From sequence record DRR378314_2181: 48,847 nucleotides of DNA; one strand, given 5' to 3'. Shown one piece after another: positions 28,686 through 38,245 of the stretch. Position numbers and translations under genes: made by a program. How positions within the stretch are numbered: the stretch's first letter is position 1; every line of letters starts with the position of its first letter. The notes below the pieces were generated by a model. That model was given only the letters and a program-made list of their open reading frames with translations, was not told where the DNA came from and searched no databases.

Positions 28686-29948
28686 TTAAACCCGCTTCAT
28701 AACCAGAGACGCGTTTGTTCCCCCAAAACCAAAGGAATTGGACAGAACAGCATCCACTTTCTTTTCCTGGGCAACTTTTGGAACCAGGTTCATATCCTCA
28801 AGACCTTCTGAGGGTTGATCCAGGTTTAACGTCGGTGGCAACACGCCTTTTTCCATCGCAAGGATTGAGAAAACGGCTTCCACACCACCGGCAGCCCCTA
28901 AAAGGTGACCAATGGCAGATTTCGTTGAAGACATGGCCAGACTGGAAACGTCTGATCCAAACAGGCGCTTCACAGCACCAACTTCAATTTCATCACCCAG
29001 TGGCGTTGACGTTCCGTGCGCATTCACATAACCGATGTCAGATGTATTGAGCCCGGATTTGCGAAGAGCCATCTGCATGGAGCGAAAGCCACCATTGCCA
29101 TCACTGGCAGGTGCGGTAATGTGATGGGCATCGCCTGACAGGCCATAACCAACAACTTCTGCGTAAATATGTGCGCCGCGTTTTTTGGCATGCTCATATT
29201 CTTCAAGCACGACCACGCCGGCGCCCTCACCCATGACGAAGCCATCACGATCCACATCATAGGGACGGGACGCTTTGGTTGGGTCATCATGGAACCCTTT
29301 GGATAACGCTTTAGCCGAAGCGAAACCGGCAAAACCAATCCGGCACATAGCCGCTTCGGTACCGCCAGCGACCATAACATCCGCATCGTCATCCACAATC
29401 ATGCGGGCCGCATCACCAATGGCATGTGCCCCGGTTGAACAGGCCGTTACAACCGCATGGTTTGGCCCTTTATATCCATGGCGGATCGAAACCTGGCCGG
29501 AGACCAGGTTAATCAGCGCTCCCGGAATAAAGAACGGGCTGATCCGGCGAGGACCCTGCTCAAAGAGTTTGATGGAGTTTTCTTCGATCGATGGTAAACC
29601 ACCAATTCCAGAACCGATGGAAACACCTGTTCTGAAGAAATCTTCTTCTGTCTCAGGCGTCCATCCAGAGTTCTTGATCGCCTCTTCAGCCGCCGCAATG
29701 CCGTAGATAATGAAAGTATCTAGCTTCCGCTGCTCCTTAGGAGCCAGCACATCATCGGCATTAAACGCATCCGGCTGACTGTCGCCGACAGGCACCTCAC
29801 AACCGTAAGCCACCGCCAAGTCTGTTGTGTCAAACTTGGTGATCATTCCAGCACCGGACTCACCGTTTATCAATCTGTCCCAGCTTGGTTTAACACCATT
29901 CGCCAGGGGCGTGACAAGTCCTAGTCCAGTAACAACTACACGTCGCAT
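28686..29948 (-). CDS. fabF: Beta-ketoacyl-ACP synthase II
   Basis: TACSTG, NAHGTST, GHLLGAAG, SNSFGFGGTN. Confidence 0.99.
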   Translation of the reverse strand: MRRVVVTGLGLVTPLANGVKPSWDRLINGESGAGMITKFDTTDLAVAYGCEVPVGDSQPDAFNADDVLAPKEQRKLDTFIIYGIAAAEEAIKNSGWTPETEEDFFRTGVSIGSGIGGLPSIEENSIKLFEQGPRRISPFFIPGALINLVSGQVSIRHGYKGPNHAVVTACSTGAHAIGDAARMIVDDDADVMVAGGTEAAMCRIGFAGFASAKALSKGFHDDPTKASRPYDVDRDGFVMGEGAGVVVLEEYEHAKKRGAHIYAEVVGYGLSGDAHHITAPASDGNGGFRSMQMALRKSGLNTSDIGYVNAHGTSTPLGDEIEVGAVKRLFGSDVSSLAMSSTKSAIGHLLGAAGGVEAVFSILAMEKGVLPPTLNLDQPSEGLEDMNLVPKVAQEKKVDAVLSNSFGFGGTNASLVMKRV

Positions 29949-30004
29949 ATCGATACCTACCGAGTTAAGTTTTCAGAGATCTATATGACGTTTCAGCGTC
30001 AAAT

Positions 30005-30238
30005 TTAAGCAGCTGACTCGATAAAATTGATCGCGTCCTTAACAGTCAGGATTTTTTCAGCTGCATCATCTGGAATTTCAATATTGAACTGCTCTTCAAA
30101 AGCCATAACCAGTTCAACAGTGTCCAGGCTGTCTGCGCCAAGATCATCAACGAAGCTTGCTTCTTCTGTTACTTTAGCTTCTTCAACACCAAGGTGTTCA
30201 ATAACGATTTTTTTCACTTGTTCCGCTGTATCGCTCAT
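30005..30238 (-). CDS. acpP: Acyl carrier protein
   Basis: [18 protein letters not shown]. Confidence 0.99.
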   Translation of the reverse strand: MSDTAEQVKKIVIEHLGVEEAKVTEEASFVDDLGADSLDTVELVMAFEEQFNIEIPDDAAEKILTVKDAINFIESAA

Positions 30239-30281
30239 ATGTGTTATCCTTAAGATTAATCAGCAATAATAGTTCAGTTTA

Positions 30282-30330
30282 TTTTGCGATTGTCCCTGAT
30301 TTTTCAACCCTGCGGATACAATCGCGAAAA
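30282..30330 (-). promoter_or_regulatory. Long stem-loop in the predicted acpP 5' leader
   Basis: Minus strand TTTTCGCGATTGT...ACAATCGCAAAA inverted repeat. Confidence 0.55.
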
Positions 30331-30392
30331 TCTCGTCGCGTTCCTAACATACTTTATAGGCATTGCAAAGCAAACCTGTCACGTTCAAAAAC

Positions 30393-30407
30393 TTAACCCG
30401 CAATTAA
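30393..30407. promoter_or_regulatory. Perfect CtrA-type box upstream of acpP
   Basis: TTAA-cccgcaa-TTAA, matching TTAA-N7-TTAA. Confidence 0.55.
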
Positions 30408-30420
30408 AAACGAATTAGGG

Positions 30421-31158
30421 CTAAATCATGGCCATGCCACCGTTTACGTGCAGAGTTTGGCCCGTCACATAAGCCGCTTCATCCGATGCCAGATAGAGAA
30501 CCGCTGCGGAAATATCCTCAGGATCTCCAAGACGTCCCGCCGGTACAGCCGTCAGCAAAGCTTCTTTCTGGGCATCCGGAAGGGCATCGGTCATGGCCGT
30601 TGCAATAAATCCTGGCGCCACACAATTTACGGTGATACCGCGGGTTGCAACTTCTTGCGCCAAAGATTTAGACATGCCGATCATACCGGCCTTGGAAGCG
30701 GCATAATTCATCTGACCCGGGTTGCCAGTGACACCGACAATTGACGTGATATTGATGATCCGTCCCGTCCGGCGCTTCATCATGCCGCGCAGACAGTTCT
30801 TGGACAGTTTGAAGGCCGATTTCAGATTGACATTCAGAACGGTATCCCAGTCGTCATCCTTCATGCGCATGGCCAGCCCATCACGGGTCAAACCGGCATT
30901 ATTCACCAGGATATCCACCTGCCCCATCGCCTCTTCAGCGGCTTTGATCAGCCCGTCGACAGCGTCCATATCGGATAAGTTGCAGGGCACCACATGCGCC
31001 CGATCTCCCAATTCATCGGCAACCGCTTTGAGGGCTTCCTCCCGCGTACCTGATAGGGCGACAGTCGCCCCCGCAGCGTGCAGGTCTTTCGCAATTTTTG
31101 CACCAAGTCCGCCAGAGGCACCCGTTACAAGTGCGCATTTACCTGTCAGATCAAACAT
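30421..31158 (-). CDS. fabG: 3-oxoacyl-ACP reductase
   Basis: TGASGGLG, NNAGLTRD, YAASKAG, GQTLHVNGG. Confidence 0.98.
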   Translation of the reverse strand: MFDLTGKCALVTGASGGLGAKIAKDLHAAGATVALSGTREEALKAVADELGDRAHVVPCNLSDMDAVDGLIKAAEEAMGQVDILVNNAGLTRDGLAMRMKDDDWDTVLNVNLKSAFKLSKNCLRGMMKRRTGRIINITSIVGVTGNPGQMNYAASKAGMIGMSKSLAQEVATRGITVNCVAPGFIATAMTDALPDAQKEALLTAVPAGRLGDPEDISAAVLYLASDEAAYVTGQTLHVNGGMAMI

Positions 31159-31198
31159 TCCATACTCTCCCTTTGCTGCCACTCTAACAGCAGATAAC

Positions 31199-32143
31199 TT
31201 AAAGTGAACCCAAAAATATTTCGATATCTTCAGGTGTTTGAACTGCGCTTCCGCTCATTGCCTTGTTGATGCGGCGCACCATGGCAGAGAGGACTTTACC
31301 GGTTCCAAGTTCAACCAATGCCTCAATTTCCCGCTCCCCCATATGAAGGACAGTTTCACGCCAGCGAACACGCCCGGTGATTTGCTCCACCAGCAGCCCG
31401 CGAATGGTTTCCGGATCACTCACCTCGGCGGCGGTAACATTGGCGATAAGCGGCATTGTCGGCGGGGCAATGGTGACATCCGCCAACTGTGCTTTCATCT
31501 CATCGGCAGCCGGCTGCATGAGCGGACAATGGAAAGGCGCGCTGACGGGCAGCATCATGGCTTTGCGAACCCCTTTTTCCTTGGCCTGCTCAATAACATG
31601 GGCAACCGCCCCCTTATCACCGCTCAGAACCACCTGTCCGTCGGCATTATCATTGGCGATCACACAGATCCCTGCCGCGTCTTCGGCTTCACGAACCAAC
31701 TCTTCCACGCCCGTAATATCCATGCCCAATAGTGCGGCCATGGCTCCTTCGCCGACGGGAACCGCTTTTTGCATGGCAAGACCGCGCGCTTTCAACAGAC
31801 GGGCTGTATCACCAAGCTGCAGGGCGCCAGCGGCGGTTAGCGCAGAATATTCACCCAGGGAATGACCAGCCACAAACTCGGCAATTTCAGATAATTTCTT
31901 GCCACTTTCCGCTTCCAGAACGCGGGCGACGGCGACACTCGTTGCCATCAGGGCGGGCTGGGTATTTTCGGTCAGGGTCAGTTCTTCGATCGGACCTTCA
32001 TACATCAATTTTGAAAGATTTTGGCTGAGGGCGTCATTGACTTCCTCAAACACTTCTGCCGCCACGGGAAAAGCCTCTGCGAGTGCCTTGCCCATACCCA
32101 CTGCCTGGCTTCCCTGCCCCGGAAATACGAATGCACGTTTCAT
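31199..32143 (-). CDS. fabD: Malonyl-CoA:ACP transacylase
   Basis: FPGQGSQ, GHSLGEY, VSAPFH. Start at ATG 32143. Confidence 0.98.
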   Translation of the reverse strand: MKRAFVFPGQGSQAVGMGKALAEAFPVAAEVFEEVNDALSQNLSKLMYEGPIEELTLTENTQPALMATSVAVARVLEAESGKKLSEIAEFVAGHSLGEYSALTAAGALQLGDTARLLKARGLAMQKAVPVGEGAMAALLGMDITGVEELVREAEDAAGICVIANDNADGQVVLSGDKGAVAHVIEQAKEKGVRKAMMLPVSAPFHCPLMQPAADEMKAQLADVTIAPPTMPLIANVTAAEVSDPETIRGLLVEQITGRVRWRETVLHMGEREIEALVELGTGKVLSAMVRRINKAMSGSAVQTPEDIEIFLGSL

Positions 32144-32202
32144 TATAATTTGTCCGATCCTGTTGAACTTTGATGCACCAGTCATATTACGAAAGTTTTT
32201 CC

Positions 32203-32242
32203 TGTCAAGTCCACTTGCATAAACTGCAGAAATCTGTATAGT
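32203..32242. promoter_or_regulatory. Back-to-back sigma70 promoters of fabD and rpsF
   Basis: Plus strand TTGCAT(32215-20)-16 nt-TATAGT(32237-42). Minus strand TTGACA(32208-03)-16 nt-TATGAC. Confidence 0.65.
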
Positions 32243-32255
32243 CCGCCGCCTCAAC

Positions 32256-32340
32256 AACTCCTTGCCGACGGAGGTCGGCTACGTCTGTTCGGTTAGCATT
32301 GGCGCTAACTCCAGATACTCAAGAGCCATAAGGAGCTTAT
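32256..32340 (+). promoter_or_regulatory. S6:S18-type ribosomal protein leader (autogenous control)
   Basis: CTCCTT (32258-63) can pair with the Shine-Dalgarno AAGGAG (32330-35), next to an unpaired CCA. Internal hairpins GCCGAC/GTCGGC and GTTAGC/GCTAAC. Confidence 0.7.
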
Positions 32341-32344
32341 ACAT

Positions 32345-32803
32345 ATGCCTCTATACGAGACAGTTTTTATTGCCCGTCAGGACATTTCCTCCCAGCAGGT
32401 GGATACACTGACAGAAAAGATGTCCCAATTCGTTACAGATGGTAACGGTAACGTTGCTAAGGTCGAAAATTGGGGACTTCGCAACCTGGCTTACAAGGTT
32501 AAGAAAAACCGCAAAGGCCATTACGTTCTTCTCAACATTGACGCACCTGTAGATGCGATGAAGGAAATGGAACGCAACATGCGTCTGGACGAAGACATTC
32601 TTCGTCACATGACAATTCGTGTTGACGAGCTTGAAGAAGGCGATTCCGTCATGCTTCAGAGCAAGAGCAGCCGTTCAGGCGGTCGTCGCGACTCCGAAGA
32701 GGAAGGCGATCGTAAAGAGTCTTCAAACAAAGAGTCTAAAGAGTCTTCTGAAGACAAGTCTGAAGATAAGTCTGACACCGAAGTTTCCGAGGAGGATAAA
32801 TAA
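32345..32803 (+). CDS. rpsF: 30S ribosomal protein S6 with acidic C-terminal tail
   Basis: [33 protein letters not shown]. Confidence 0.99.
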   Translation: MPLYETVFIARQDISSQQVDTLTEKMSQFVTDGNGNVAKVENWGLRNLAYKVKKNRKGHYVLLNIDAPVDAMKEMERNMRLDEDILRHMTIRVDELEEGDSVMLQSKSSRSGGRRDSEEEGDRKESSNKESKESSEDKSEDKSDTEVSEEDK

Positions 32804-33036
32804 TGTCTGATGCACGTCGTCCTTTTTTCCGTCGTCGTAAGACCTGCCCATTCTCTGGTGATGGTGCTCCAAAGATCGATTACAAAGACGTAAAGCTGAT
32901 GCAGCGCTTTGTTTCCGAACGCGGTAAAATCATGCCTAGCCGCATCACCGCGGTTTCTGCAAAGAAACAGCGTGAGCTGGCACGGGCAATCAAACGGGCG
33001 CGCAACCTGGCGCTGCTGCCGTTTGTTGTTAAGTAA
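32803..33036 (+). CDS. rpsR: 30S ribosomal protein S18
   Basis: [31 protein letters not shown]. Confidence 0.99.
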   Translation: MSDARRPFFRRRKTCPFSGDGAPKIDYKDVKLMQRFVSERGKIMPSRITAVSAKKQRELARAIKRARNLALLPFVVK

Positions 33037-33080
33037 GGAATTGCTGGTGTGGCGGGTAACCGCCATCCGTTAGTGGGATT

Positions 33081-34034
33081 ATGATCAAAGACATTGGTAT
33101 CGGCACAGCACTGGGCCTAATCAGTACACTTCTTCTGATTTTCTCGGTTCTGGGCAGTGGTACACCGACAGGGCAGGTCAACGCCCTGCAAACAATGTCC
33201 TTGATGACTTTATCTGTTGTTCCCCTTTTCGTCGCAGGACTGGGATGGGGATTGGCAGGCGCAATAACAGCAGTGGTAACCGGCGCACTGGTTGCCGCTA
33301 CGATTATCGCCCCACTTTTTAGTATGACCTACGTTTTGACTTGTGGCCTACCGGTGCTGCTGATCACACGACAGTCCCTGTTGTGGCGCGAGGAAAACGG
33401 AAAAGTGACCTGGTATCCGACGACCAATCTGGTCAAGATCTGGGTGAGTGTAAGTATTCTCCTGTCCTTTATGGCAATCGGATTGCTGTATCAGGATCAG
33501 GATCTGCGGGAAAATCTGATCAGTCAGTTTGATCTGATACTCCCTCAGCTCCAGCAACAGGGGAAAATGTTTGAGGCAGTTACGGCCGAAGGGATTGTCC
33601 GGGTTCTCCCGCAGTTTTTTGGACCGTTCTGGGGAGTGATCCTCCTGCTTGGCGGAATTCTGGCACAAGGTGTGCTGGTTCGGTTTAAGCGGAATATCCG
33701 GCCCAGCCCTGTGTTTCAGGACCTCAAACTACCCGTCTGGATGGCGGTTGCAACAGTCGGCGCGGTTGGTTTCAACCTGTTGGTCAACTGGGGTGATAGC
33801 TTTATCGGGGCGGTGATACTTTCACTGGAGATCGCTTTTTTCCTGCAGGGAATTGCGGTTATCCACAAGGTTTCAAAAGGCTGGAAGTATCGGCCTTTCA
33901 TACTGACGGCGGTTTATTTGTCGATGTTTTTAATTTTTTGGCTGGTCCTGGTGGTCGCATTGCTCGGATTAGTCGATAGTTGGGTTGGATTTCGTGAGAA
34001 ACTAAGCGGACATCCAGACCCGGAGGAAGATTAA
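33081..34034 (+). CDS. DUF2232/YybS-like membrane protein
   Basis: Polytopic protein with FFLQGIAVIH and LGLVD..FR; sits between rpsR and rplI. Confidence 0.85.
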   Translation: MIKDIGIGTALGLISTLLLIFSVLGSGTPTGQVNALQTMSLMTLSVVPLFVAGLGWGLAGAITAVVTGALVAATIIAPLFSMTYVLTCGLPVLLITRQSLLWREENGKVTWYPTTNLVKIWVSVSILLSFMAIGLLYQDQDLRENLISQFDLILPQLQQQGKMFEAVTAEGIVRVLPQFFGPFWGVILLLGGILAQGVLVRFKRNIRPSPVFQDLKLPVWMAVATVGAVGFNLLVNWGDSFIGAVILSLEIAFFLQGIAVIHKVSKGWKYRPFILTAVYLSMFLIFWLVLVVALLGLVDSWVGFREKLSGHPDPEED

Positions 34035-34613
34035 ATGGAAATTGTATTGCTGGAGCGTGTTGAAAAACTCGGTCAAATGGGTGATGTCGTTAACGTCAAG
34101 AACGGTTATGCCCGTAACTTTCTGCTGCCACAGGGCAAAGCTCTCAGAGCCAACAAAGATAACCTTGCCATCTTTGAAGCAAAACGGGCTCAGCTTGAAG
34201 CAGATAACCTGAACCGCAAAGAAGAAGCAGAACAGGTTGCCAAGAAAATTGACGGTCTGACTGTTATCCTGATCCGTGCGGCATCTGAAAGCCAGCAGCT
34301 TTACGGTTCTGTCACAAATCAGGATATTGCCCGCGCTGTGACTGAAAATGGTGCAACTGTTGATCGCAAACAGATCATCATGGACAAGGTTCTGAAAAAT
34401 CTGGGCCTGCACGAAATTCGCATTCGCCTGCACCCTGAAGTGACTGTTGCTGTCACCATCAACATTGCCCGCTCTAACGAGGAAGCTGAAATTCAGGCTC
34501 GTGGCGAGTCTGTTGAAGAGGTTGCCGAAGCGGCTCTGGATGCACGTGACGAAGCCATCAGTGATGTGTTCGAATCTACTGCAGAGCACGACGAGGAAGA
34601 AACTGAATCCTAA
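34035..34613 (+). CDS. rplI: 50S ribosomal protein L9
   Basis: [26 protein letters not shown]. Confidence 0.99.
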   Translation: MEIVLLERVEKLGQMGDVVNVKNGYARNFLLPQGKALRANKDNLAIFEAKRAQLEADNLNRKEEAEQVAKKIDGLTVILIRAASESQQLYGSVTNQDIARAVTENGATVDRKQIIMDKVLKNLGLHEIRIRLHPEVTVAVTINIARSNEEAEIQARGESVEEVAEAALDARDEAISDVFESTAEHDEEETES

Positions 34614-34640
34614 TTCAGTTTCCCGACATTCTAAAATTCG

Positions 34641-34674
34641 AAAAACGGCACTTCCTTGGGAGTGCCGTTTTTTT
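34641..34674 (+). terminator. Intrinsic terminator after rplI
   Basis: AAAAACGGCACTTCC-tt-GGGAGTGCCGTTTTTT. Confidence 0.92.
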
Positions 34675-34748
34675 GTAACAGTCTGCAAACCCTGTTTTCC
34701 CTCTTAAACAGTTGCCATAGCCCTCTGGCTTCAATATCCTTTTTCCAA

Positions 34749-34790
34749 CTGTCCACATCTTTCACACCCTGTGGATAACATTTATCCACA
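34749..34790. promoter_or_regulatory. DnaA box cluster upstream of dnaB
   Basis: Perfect TGTGGATAA (34770-78) and TTATCCACA (34782-90), inverted with a 3-nt spacer; degenerate CTGTCCACA (34749-57). Confidence 0.85.
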
Positions 34791-34856
34791 GAATTCTTCG
34801 GCTGAAAGCAGAGATAATCCGCTCTGATCTCAGCCCCTTTATGATATGGTCCGGCC

Positions 34857-36332
34857 ATGGAAAGTACTGCACTGAATTCCGAAACAAATACCGAGGAAAA
34901 CGCCTCCCCAACCTATCGGTCCATGCCCAGTAATCTGGATGCGGAACGAGATCTATTGGGGGCTGTCCTGATTAACAACGAGGCCAGTGCGAAAGTCAGT
35001 TCTTTCCTCAAGCCAGAGCATTTCTATGAACCGGTTCATTCGCGGATTTATGATGCTGCGTCCATTTTGATTGATCGGGGAGAAATTGCCGATCCGGTGA
35101 CGCTCAAATCCTATTTCGAAAATGACCAGGCCCTGGCTGATATCGGCGGTGCCCAGTATCTGGCACGTCTGGCTGCTTCTGCGACGACCATTATCAACGC
35201 AGAAAACTATGGCAAGATCATTTATGATCTGGCGCTTAGAAGAGAGCTGATCAATCTTGGTGGTGAGATCGTCAATACGGCCTATGATTCAGATCTGGAG
35301 GAGACATCGTCTTCACAGATTGAAAATGCGGAACGGCAGCTATTCGCATTGGCTGAAAGTGGATCTCATGAAGGGGGCCTAGCCCCAGTACGCGTAGCCG
35401 TAAATATGGCCGTCAAATCCATTGAAGAAGCGTTTCAACGGGACGGCAACCTAGTTGGTGTAACCACTGGTCTTCGTGACCTGGACGCCAAGCTTGGCGG
35501 GCTCCATAAATCGGACCTGCTAATCCTGGCGGGGCGCCCGTCGATGGGAAAAACGTCGCTGGCAACGAACATTGCCTATAATGCGGCCAAAGCTCATCAT
35601 AAATCTGGGGGAACAGAGGGTGCCCCGGTAGGATTTTTCTCGCTTGAAATGTCAGGGGAACAGCTTGTTGCCCGTGTTCTGGCAGAAGCGACCGAAATCA
35701 GTTCAGAAAAACTCCGTAAAGGCGAGCTGACAGATGAGGAATTTGCCAACCGGCTGGTACCGCAAAGCGCCATCCTGTCTGAAATGCCGCTGTTTATTGA
35801 TGATACGCCGGCTATTTCCATTGCCGCACTTCGAACCCGCGCCCGCCGACTCAAGCGCAGTCATGGTCTTGGCCTGATCGTGGTTGACTATCTGCAATTG
35901 ATGAAAGGCAGTGGCCGGGGGGACAACCGGGTTCAGGAAATTTCAGAAGTGACCCAAGGACTGAAGGCCGTTGCAAAAGAACTGGATATCCCCGTTATTG
36001 CGCTGTCCCAGTTGTCCCGTCAGGTAGAAAACCGGGATGACAAACGACCGCAGCTGTCAGATCTTCGGGAATCCGGATCGATCGAGCAGGATGCGGACGT
36101 TGTGATGTTCGTTTACCGTGAAGAATATTATGAAGGCCGAAAAGAGCCTTCCGAAGGAACGCCAGAACATATAGAATGGCAGGAACGAATGGCCAGGGTG
36201 CATAATATGGCCGAAGTCATTATCGGCAAACAGCGTCATGGCCCGATCGGAAATGTGAAATTGCAATTTCAGCCTGAATTTACCCGGTTCGGCGATCTTG
36301 CCCTGGATCAGTATTTACCGGAGCATCATTGA
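34857..36332 (+). CDS. dnaB: Replicative DNA helicase
   Basis: AGRPSMGKT, FFSLEM, VDYLQL, LSQLSR, LRESGSIEQDAD, KQRHGP. No intein-sized insertion. Confidence 0.99.
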   Translation: MESTALNSETNTEENASPTYRSMPSNLDAERDLLGAVLINNEASAKVSSFLKPEHFYEPVHSRIYDAASILIDRGEIADPVTLKSYFENDQALADIGGAQYLARLAASATTIINAENYGKIIYDLALRRELINLGGEIVNTAYDSDLEETSSSQIENAERQLFALAESGSHEGGLAPVRVAVNMAVKSIEEAFQRDGNLVGVTTGLRDLDAKLGGLHKSDLLILAGRPSMGKTSLATNIAYNAAKAHHKSGGTEGAPVGFFSLEMSGEQLVARVLAEATEISSEKLRKGELTDEEFANRLVPQSAILSEMPLFIDDTPAISIAALRTRARRLKRSHGLGLIVVDYLQLMKGSGRGDNRVQEISEVTQGLKAVAKELDIPVIALSQLSRQVENRDDKRPQLSDLRESGSIEQDADVVMFVYREEYYEGRKEPSEGTPEHIEWQERMARVHNMAEVIIGKQRHGPIGNVKLQFQPEFTRFGDLALDQYLPEHH

Positions 36333-37444
36333 TGGATCCCAGACTATCTGCCGGTTACATAACCATAGACTTAGTCGCCATACAGAAAAATTACCTAAAA
36401 CTCCTCTCCTTAATGGACGGTCAGGAATGTGCCGCTGTCGTCAAGGCAGACGCCTATGGACTGGCCATCGACAAGGTAGCCCCTGCCCTGCATGAGGCGG
36501 GCTGCCAGAAATTTTTTGTCGCCATCCCCGAAGAAGGCGTTGCCCTTCGGCGGATCCTGCCGGATATCGATATCTTTATATTAGGCGGCCTCTTCCCCGA
36601 GTGCGAAGAGGTTTACGCCCATGAACGGCTGGCCCCGGTTTTAAACAGCCTTGAAGAAATTGAAACCTGGTCCACATTGACCCGGACCCACGGCCCGTTA
36701 CCTGCCATCATTCATATTGATAGCGGCATTTGTCGGCTTGGCCTGATGGAGGCCGATGTTGACCTTCTGGCCGCCCGGCCCGAGATCATGGACGGGATTG
36801 AAGTTGATTACCTGATGAGCCATTTGGCCAGCGCTGATGACATGAACCATCCGCAAAATCAGGAGCAGCTGACAACCCTGAAAGCGTTGATTGCAAAGCT
36901 GCCGGAAGGCCTTCGCAACACGCCGGTCTCGTTTGCAAATTCCAGCGGTTTATTCCATGGCCCGGAATTTCGCTTTGAGCTGGGCCGGCCCGGAATTGCT
37001 CTTTATGGGGCCAACCCAACCTCGCAGGAAGAAAATCCCATGCTGCCGGTTGTCGAGTGGCAAGGAAAAGTACTGCAAGTTCATGACGTTGACAGTGGTA
37101 AACCCGTTGGATATGGTGCCACCTATCGAACTTCGCAAAAATCGCGGATTGCAACGGTTTCCATCGGGTATGCTGATGGATATTTCCGCTATCTGGGAAA
37201 CAGAGCTGAGGTTTCGATCAATAATAAACGGGTGCCAGTTGTTGGGCGGGTGTCAATGGATATGATAACGATTGATATCACATCATTGGGCCAGGATGAA
37301 TGCAAACGGGGTGATCTGGTATATCTGATCGGGGAAAGTGTTTCCCTGGACTATATCGCGGACAAGGCCGGAACCATTGCATATGAAATCCTGACATCTC
37401 TTGGACAGCGCTGTCACCGACGTTATCTGGATGCCGAGGCATAG
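36332..37444 (+). CDS. alr: Alanine racemase
   Basis: AVVKADAYG, RPGIALYG, GYADG, GRVSMD, GTIAYE; TGATG overlap with dnaB. Confidence 0.98.
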   Translation: MDPRLSAGYITIDLVAIQKNYLKLLSLMDGQECAAVVKADAYGLAIDKVAPALHEAGCQKFFVAIPEEGVALRRILPDIDIFILGGLFPECEEVYAHERLAPVLNSLEEIETWSTLTRTHGPLPAIIHIDSGICRLGLMEADVDLLAARPEIMDGIEVDYLMSHLASADDMNHPQNQEQLTTLKALIAKLPEGLRNTPVSFANSSGLFHGPEFRFELGRPGIALYGANPTSQEENPMLPVVEWQGKVLQVHDVDSGKPVGYGATYRTSQKSRIATVSIGYADGYFRYLGNRAEVSINNKRVPVVGRVSMDMITIDITSLGQDECKRGDLVYLIGESVSLDYIADKAGTIAYEILTSLGQRCHRRYLDAEA

Positions 37445-37455
37445 GACAGAACTGG

Positions 37456-38232
37456 ATGGAATGGAATTTTCTGGCGGCGATTGGCCGTGTAGCGCTTCGC
37501 TTTATGGCTGCTGTCGGGCATTTGTCCTTATTCACGGTGCAAACCGTTCGGCATATTTTTCTGCCTCCCTTTTATTTACGCATCTTTCTCCGACAATTAA
37601 TGAGCATTGGCTATTATTCGCTTCCGGTGGTCGGCATGACAGCGCTCTTTACCGGGATGGTTCTTGCGCTGCAGATTTATGTGGGCTCATCACGGTTTAA
37701 CGCCGAAAGCGCAGTTGCAACCATTGTGGTCATCGGCCTCACCCGGGAATTGGCGCCGGTATTAAGTGGCCTGATGATTGCCGGGCGGGTCGGCGCAGCA
37801 ATCGCCGCGGAAATTGGCACCATGCGCGTGACTGAGCAAATCGACGCACTGGTGACCCTGTCCACCAATCCGTTTAAATATCTGGTCGCCCCCCGGGTTC
37901 TTGCCGGTATGGTCACCTTGCCCATTCTGGTGCTGATTGCGGATATTATCGGTGTTTCAGGCGGTTACCTGGTAGCAACTGAAAGCCTTGATTTCAACGC
38001 CAGCACCTATATCAAAAATACCTTTGATTTTCTGGAAACCCGGGACGTGGTTTCCGGCCTGATCAAAGCATCGGTTTTTGGTTTCATTGTCTGCCTGATG
38101 GGCTGCTACCACGGTTTTAATTCCAGTGGCGGCGCACAAGGGGTTGGCCGGGCGACAACAAACGCGGTTGTCTCCTCCTTCATTCTGATCCTTGTCAGTG
38201 ACTATTTCCTCACTGTCCTGTTGCTGGACTGA
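37456..38232 (+). CDS. mlaE: MlaE-family lipid ABC transporter permease
   Basis: RELAPVL, AEIGTMRVTEQIDAL, GAQGVGRATT. Confidence 0.95.
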   Translation: MEWNFLAAIGRVALRFMAAVGHLSLFTVQTVRHIFLPPFYLRIFLRQLMSIGYYSLPVVGMTALFTGMVLALQIYVGSSRFNAESAVATIVVIGLTRELAPVLSGLMIAGRVGAAIAAEIGTMRVTEQIDALVTLSTNPFKYLVAPRVLAGMVTLPILVLIADIIGVSGGYLVATESLDFNASTYIKNTFDFLETRDVVSGLIKASVFGFIVCLMGCYHGFNSSGGAQGVGRATTNAVVSSFILILVSDYFLTVLLLD

Positions 38233-38245
38233 GGCACGCATCCCA

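Noticed and set aside
33081-34034. Membrane gene inside the ribosomal operon as a novelty
   Set aside because: DUF2232/YybS-like genes between rpsR and rplI are a known arrangement.
34614-34856. Chromosomal replication origin
   Set aside because: Only two perfect boxes, with no convincing DnaA-trio run or AT-rich unwinding element. Not excluded without a GC-skew analysis.
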